Positions 17,031 through 21,274 of a DNA stretch of 21,274 bases are shown here, piece by piece. The position numbers were made by a program, and so were the translations under genes. This DNA comes from Didymodactylos carnosus (taxonomy: Eukaryota): NCBI GenBank assembly GCA_905250885.1, contig CAJNOQ010003136.1:1-21274 (forward strand), in the 5' to 3' direction. Position 1 is the stretch's first letter. Each line of letters starts with the position of its first letter. Under the pieces are notes generated by a model. The model did not search any database, was not told the DNA's origin, and worked only from the letters and a program-made list of their open reading frames with translations.

Positions 17031-18699
17031 CTTTCCTTCTGTTCGTTTCACCATTTTCATGATGAACGGAGAGAATGAGGAAGAGAATATATATCTATAT
17101 TTTCTACAGGTATTTTCTTCAAACATTGACACAAAAACAAGTTTCGTAACTTTAAGCGAAAAAAATTGCTTTCAAGACAAAGCAAACATAAATGTCCCCA
17201 TTGCACAGCTTAAAATATGGCCCAATTTGGAAAACACTCAGCGTTTGTTCCGGCCAGGGGTGTCAGAACACGAAATCAACAACACCAAGAAATTAGTGTT
17301 GTCGATACCGGGCTCTGGATATCAGCACACACCTCTTTTCCGTACAAAACTACAGTGAGTTCAACTACTCCTGTATTTCGGTGCTAGTATAGAAATATAC
17401 TCATCACAGATTTATTAATTTTGCTATTATACTAAGCATTATCGAGTTGGTTATACTTGCATCCGGTTTGGAAGAAAACGGTATATGTATTCTGATTCAG
17501 TTTCTTACGTATACTCCGAATCCGGCGTCTGTTTTTAGGTGCAAAGTCTAGTTTTCGAGAAATAGAGGAAAAACTTGTTTTACATGTAAATTAACTCCTT
17601 TTATTGCTTTCTCTCTGTTTTTTCGTTCGGAATATATATGTTTTTCTTTTCACTTTCTCTTTTCGTATTTTATCCTGGTAAACAAACAGAAGGAGAAAAA
17701 GAATATCCATCTATAGCTTGTAACGAGCACTGCTGTTATTCAGTATACTTGTTCAAAATTAAACCGATATAAAATATCAATTTTATTGAATCCGAGAGAA
17801 AAAAGGAAGATTGATAATACGAAACGCTACAATTACTTGTATACAAACGATTTGTATGCTCTCGCGGGGTACAAAAAGTAGATTATTGACTCCTTTTTCG
17901 TAGTAGACAACGTCGTTACATAAGCAACTTGAACTTTTTTCTTCCTAAATTGATCACATTCTTTGACAAAAGGGCTTGCTGACTCTCTCTTCGAGATGTG
18001 TGAGTTGTCTTGCAAAGTGGATGTTCAATTGTTTCATCATACTGGACAGACGATTTGTTAAAGTCTTGAGAAAAAAATATCCATGTCTATGTAAATGAGA
18101 TATATACTCAAATAAAATAGAACCAAAGAGAAAAGACGCTGAGAAGGATGATTTAATGTTTACGTGGGACGCAGAAAGGATTTAGAAAATGAATTTATGT
18201 ACCATCTAAGGAAGCACATCAAGGTAAATCCCGATCAGCCGGTCGCCATTTCTCTATTCCTAGAGTATTCTCCTATTGCTTGTCCCTCTTTTTCTCTATT
18301 CCGCTACTCTTTCGATCATTTTATTTCTGCATACTCATATTTTATGCGCAAAGAATATCTTTTCTTTCGAAACAATAAATGCGAAAAGACAAGTTTTATA
18401 TTTTATCGAAAAGAACAAATTCTACCTGCTCATCGAAATGTTCGTTCATCTTATGGGCAAGATAACCCGACATTCTAATACACTAACGAAATAACTCTAA
18501 TCTTCCACCTTGAGGATCAGATAAAGAATTGAAATAAATCGCCGTAAATTGTTTCTTCCCGTGAAGAGTAATACTTGAAAAATGCACTCTTTATATGATT
18601 CAATTTACTTTGTCAGAATATTGAGTAAGTTCATCCTAGATATTATCTTTCTTATTCATAAGCTGAATGAAGATTTTGACGAAGAAATAAAATTTCTCT

Positions 18700-18882
18700 G
18701 AAAATTTGCGCTTACATCAAAAGTTTTAGAAAAATGGTCGGTCGACCGGCCAGTACTTGTCATGATTTTTTTGTTGACCGGTTGCATCTCTAGACTATAA
18801 AGTGTTGTTGCAATTTAGTTCCACTCCATAATGAGGGTTTCAACTGCATAATGTTTTATCTACATCGGTTTTTTCATCGATT
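18700..18882. repeat. Copy B of the approximately 170-bp dispersed repeat (see 16033-16200), downstream of PARP4
   Basis: Alignment to copy A as given there. Flanks differ, so these are two insertions of one repeat family rather than one duplicated segment. Confidence 0.6.
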
Positions 18883-19874
18883 GATATAGCACTCGAAATA
18901 GCTGCCCAGTAGGACTTTTACCTTGAATCGTTTAAGTTTATTCATAAATCGCTAATATTTTTGGCTTAGAGCCTTTAAAACGGAAAGTATTTTACATTTA
19001 GAAAAGGTCAGCTTCGGAGAGGAGATTCCAAATTTCAGCAAAATGCTATATATTTTTTAAAAAGCATTGCGTTTCCTATGTATAGCTGTCGTTGTATGTC
19101 TATCTGCTTTTTTGTCCTGCATTTCTTCTTATGTTCGGTAGTTAACGCCGTCTTATGCAGAATCAGTTCATTACTCAGACATACATATATTTAAGAGAGA
19201 TTTCGCGCCTCAGTCGAGCACTGCTTCAGAGATCAGTGGAATGGTCAAAATTGTCCCTCGCTCCTTACGATCCCATTCGATTGTATGATTAAATCTGGGG
19301 TTATGAAAAAATTTTTGGATCTACCGAACTTAATTTGACTGCGATATGAATTTTCAAGTAAAGGATGTCAAGGATTTTCCAAAAAGTAGATGTTGCCAGC
19401 ATTTTGCATGTAGCTCAGTCAAATTTGATCTGTTCTGTTCGAGCAAAATCTTATTCAAAAGCCCGATAAAAACTAAAGAAGATGGGTCATTTACTTTTGT
19501 TGCACTATTGAGTTTTTCTAGAAAACAATTGGGATTTCTGAAATTTTCTATTTTTCAAAACGCAACTAATTTTCTTCAAAGGTTATTTCTGAACCAGAAA
19601 AAGGTTCTTAGCAGGATTCTCTTATCCCGCATTTTCTGGAACGACTGATCCTCTACAAGATGGAATAATCAATTTGAAAATAAAAGTTTTTCGCATTTTT
19701 TACCGAAAAATTGACGTTCTCCAAAATGCTTGAAGTATACATCCCCAGATGCATTTTTTCACGCTGAAATGCACTTTTCATCATCTAAATCTATTTTTGA
19801 ATTCACAAAAAGCTTTTTCCACCTTAAATCGCGAAGACTCTCGTTTCTGTATTTTTTTCGTAAGTAGCGAATTT

Positions 19875-19990
19875 TTCGGTACTTTTCCTGGTACCGAACC
19901 GAAAGTGCCGAACGATACCTAACAGGGTACCGAACCGAAATGTTCGGTACTGTGTGAAAACAGTACTGGTACCGATACCGAAGTACCAAC
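19875..19990. repeat. Cluster of direct and inverted copies of the 9-10 bp motif GGTACCGAAC / GTTCGGTAC
   Basis: ttcggtac...ggtaccgaaccgaaagtgccgaacga...ggtaccgaaccgaaatgttcggtac...agtactggtaccgataccgaagtacc. GGTACCGAACCGAAA occurs twice exactly. Confidence 0.5.
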
Positions 19991-20234
19991 AATTCTCTAG
20001 CCGATAAATCGAATAAAACAGTAATTCTCATCTTTCAAATACAATTTCAGTTTTCGTTGTTACATGATTTTCCGTTTCGTCTAGAGAACTTCGTTTGAGA
20101 TATTCATTCACCGCTGTTATTACATATTTTCTAAAGATGAATAACACACACGTTAAACCACGATATAGCATATGTGTAACAGAATTGTAATGACTATAAA
20201 ATGCTAATCAGTGACTCTACAAATCAAAGACCGA

Positions 20235-20268
20235 TTTTCTGGACCGATATATATAATGGTCCAGAAAA
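20235..20268. repeat. Perfect 11-bp inverted repeat hairpin (TTTTCTGGACC ... GGTCCAGAAAA) around an AT-only loop
   Basis: ttttctggaccgatatatataatggtccagaaaa read directly. Confidence 0.6.
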
Positions 20269-20723
20269 AATTAAACATTAAACTTCCAAGAGGCTCAATT
20301 TAATTTAATGTCTGTTAGTTGCAATTCTTGCCAATTCAAATTTGTCTTGTGTTTAGGTCCAATAATATCGCCTTGTGATCAAGTGTTGAATTGAAAATTC
20401 ACCTTGACACGTATTCTAAAAAGGTCATCATGCAAAATGCATTTACATCTTTTAACCATGGTTAAAAGACCAAGACAAAAAGAAAAATCAGAAAAAAAAA
20501 TATGCTTCCGTTTCTCCAAAATGGACCTTTTTTCAAAAAATAGGACCAAATCAATGTTTTGATTTTCTTTTAATGTAAAAGCCTTTCAAAAAAAATTTAA
20601 AACTACATTTTCCTATCCAGTTTTGTCCGCTCTAACCAACCATTGACAAATAAATTAAAAAACAAACCTTGCTCAAATTTCGAATTTCCGGCACCTTATG
20701 TGTTTTATTTTTCGATTTTTAGA

Positions 20724-20968
20724 AAGTCAAGTTAACACCGCATATATACACTGAACTTCAAGACTGCTCAGAAAAAGACGTATATTGTTTTCCTATGTTG
20801 GTAAAATCGTGTAAGATGGATGAGTCATCCTATCCAGCTATTGATGCGATAATATCGTTTTATATGATGTACGATCGGGTGAAAATAGCGACGTTCATTT
20901 TGAGGTATAACTCGGAAAAAGTAGACAACGCATTTCTTCATCAGTTTCTTTTCGAAGTACAAATCCTG
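20724..20968 (+). CDS. Possible exon of an uncharacterised downstream gene (KVKLTPHIYTELQDCSEKDVYCFPMLVKSCKMDESSYPAIDAIISFYMMYDRVKIATFILRYNSEKVDNAFLHQFLFEVQI)
   Basis: Acceptor tttcgatttttag at 20721-20723, open for about 80 codons, candidate donor GTAAGA at 20969. A further open stretch 21063-21165 may follow. No recognisable domain. Confidence 0.2.
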
Positions 20969-21274
20969 TAAGATTAAACCATTAAATATTATTATTATTT
21001 ATTTAGTCTATTGAATTAAACACACACACATTAACCTATCTTACTCTTCTTGTTATCAACAGTCAACGAGCTTCTGAGCTCTTCACATTTGGTTATTCAA
21101 TTCACAGACTAGCGAATCAACTTTCCGTTCAGCTCGGTCTATGTCGAGACCTTTCTCGTCCGTCGTAAATTTTTCCGTACATCAGTTCTTGCATCGTGCA
21201 GAAAAATTGTGTGTGCTTCAGACGATCAAAACTGAAGCTGCATTAGATTCAAATTATCCTCTTATCTTTCCTCG

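Noticed and set aside
16777-17358. ORF 16777-17358 (193 aa) downstream of the PARP4 stop.
   Set aside because: It contains the (CT)n microsatellite and low-complexity translation, with no splice context or similarity. Probably non-coding 3' flank.
16033-18882. The two 170-bp direct repeats as LTRs of a single retrotransposon.
   Set aside because: The PARP4 terminal exons (16230-16647) and unrelated sequence lie between them. There is no gag/pol, PBS or PPT and no TG...CA termini. They look more like two copies of a short dispersed repeat.
1-21274. Searched for prokaryotic-style content (operons, defence systems, CRISPR, RM or TA pairs, integrases).
   Set aside because: Composition, ubiquitous GT-AG introns with pyrimidine tracts, interrupted conserved domains and metazoan-type repeats show this is a eukaryotic nuclear locus. 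No CRISPR repeats, RBS-spaced gene pairs or phage genes are present.

Overview
This window is eukaryotic nuclear DNA, not prokaryotic. It is AT-rich (about 35% GC) with GT...AG introns of 60-900 bp and polypyrimidine tracts before acceptor sites, and it has no operons, RBS-spaced genes, CRISPR arrays or rRNA/tRNA. Many ORF-track entries start at TTG/GTG codons and should not be read as genes.

Most of the window (about 1,050 to 16,647, + strand) is a single multi-exon gene that I read as an ortholog of the vault poly(ADP-ribose) polymerase PARP4. The supporting motifs, in order along the gene:
- BRCT-end-like exon, with VWNYDD matching human VKNYDP
- PARP helical domain (FYSLIPH; AKYRSLKCYI matching human AKYRALRCKI)
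- PARP catalytic core with an intact H-Y-E triad (LFHGSKYSNFLGILSRGLL, GYGLYFSDS, NEFVIYN)
- VIT domain (KYVFPLDEHSTVCGFEAHVNNKVIIG)
- vWA domain with a full MIDAS motif (DSSNSM ... VTFGS ... LLSDG)
- IAIEERDKDD and DIDVLPYVGWDGE matching human VAVEKRDENE and EDVDFLPYMSWQGE
- an acidic EDDDLEGGIG segment
- a low-complexity linker with SFGSAAAAAP (human VASFGSAAPP) plus three YSPTSPT heptads
- a C-terminal module (DGSFSFTKDL ... QGLNSF; CTQLELGSTWELYIQKTLLGL) matching the human MVP-interaction region (EDGFWKLTPEL ... NGLHSFL; CPRLELGNDWDSATKQLLGL)
Exon boundaries are set by hand from GT/AG and phase consistency. The 5' end and several middle exons are tentative.

The most unusual observation is inside the long PARP4 intron between exons 12195-12535 and 15580-15665, on the same strand. 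There sit intact Hsp70 substrate-binding-domain exons ([48 protein letters not shown]). Upstream of them lie GC-richer, frame-broken remnants of an Hsp70 ATPase domain in the correct order. The SBD exons are splice-phase compatible with the flanking PARP4 exons.

PARP4 introns also carry transposon-like DNA: two related MITEs with 80-120 bp terminal inverted repeats that share a CACCGTTGG core, an 810-bp foldback element, and a 170-bp dispersed repeat family. A GGATCCT-type tandem array, a (CT)n microsatellite, a GTACCGAAC repeat cluster and a possible short downstream gene fragment complete the window.

Because vault components are absent from insects, nematodes, fungi and plants, the source is probably an AT-rich, short-intron metazoan or protist lineage that has vaults. 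I cannot name the organism.
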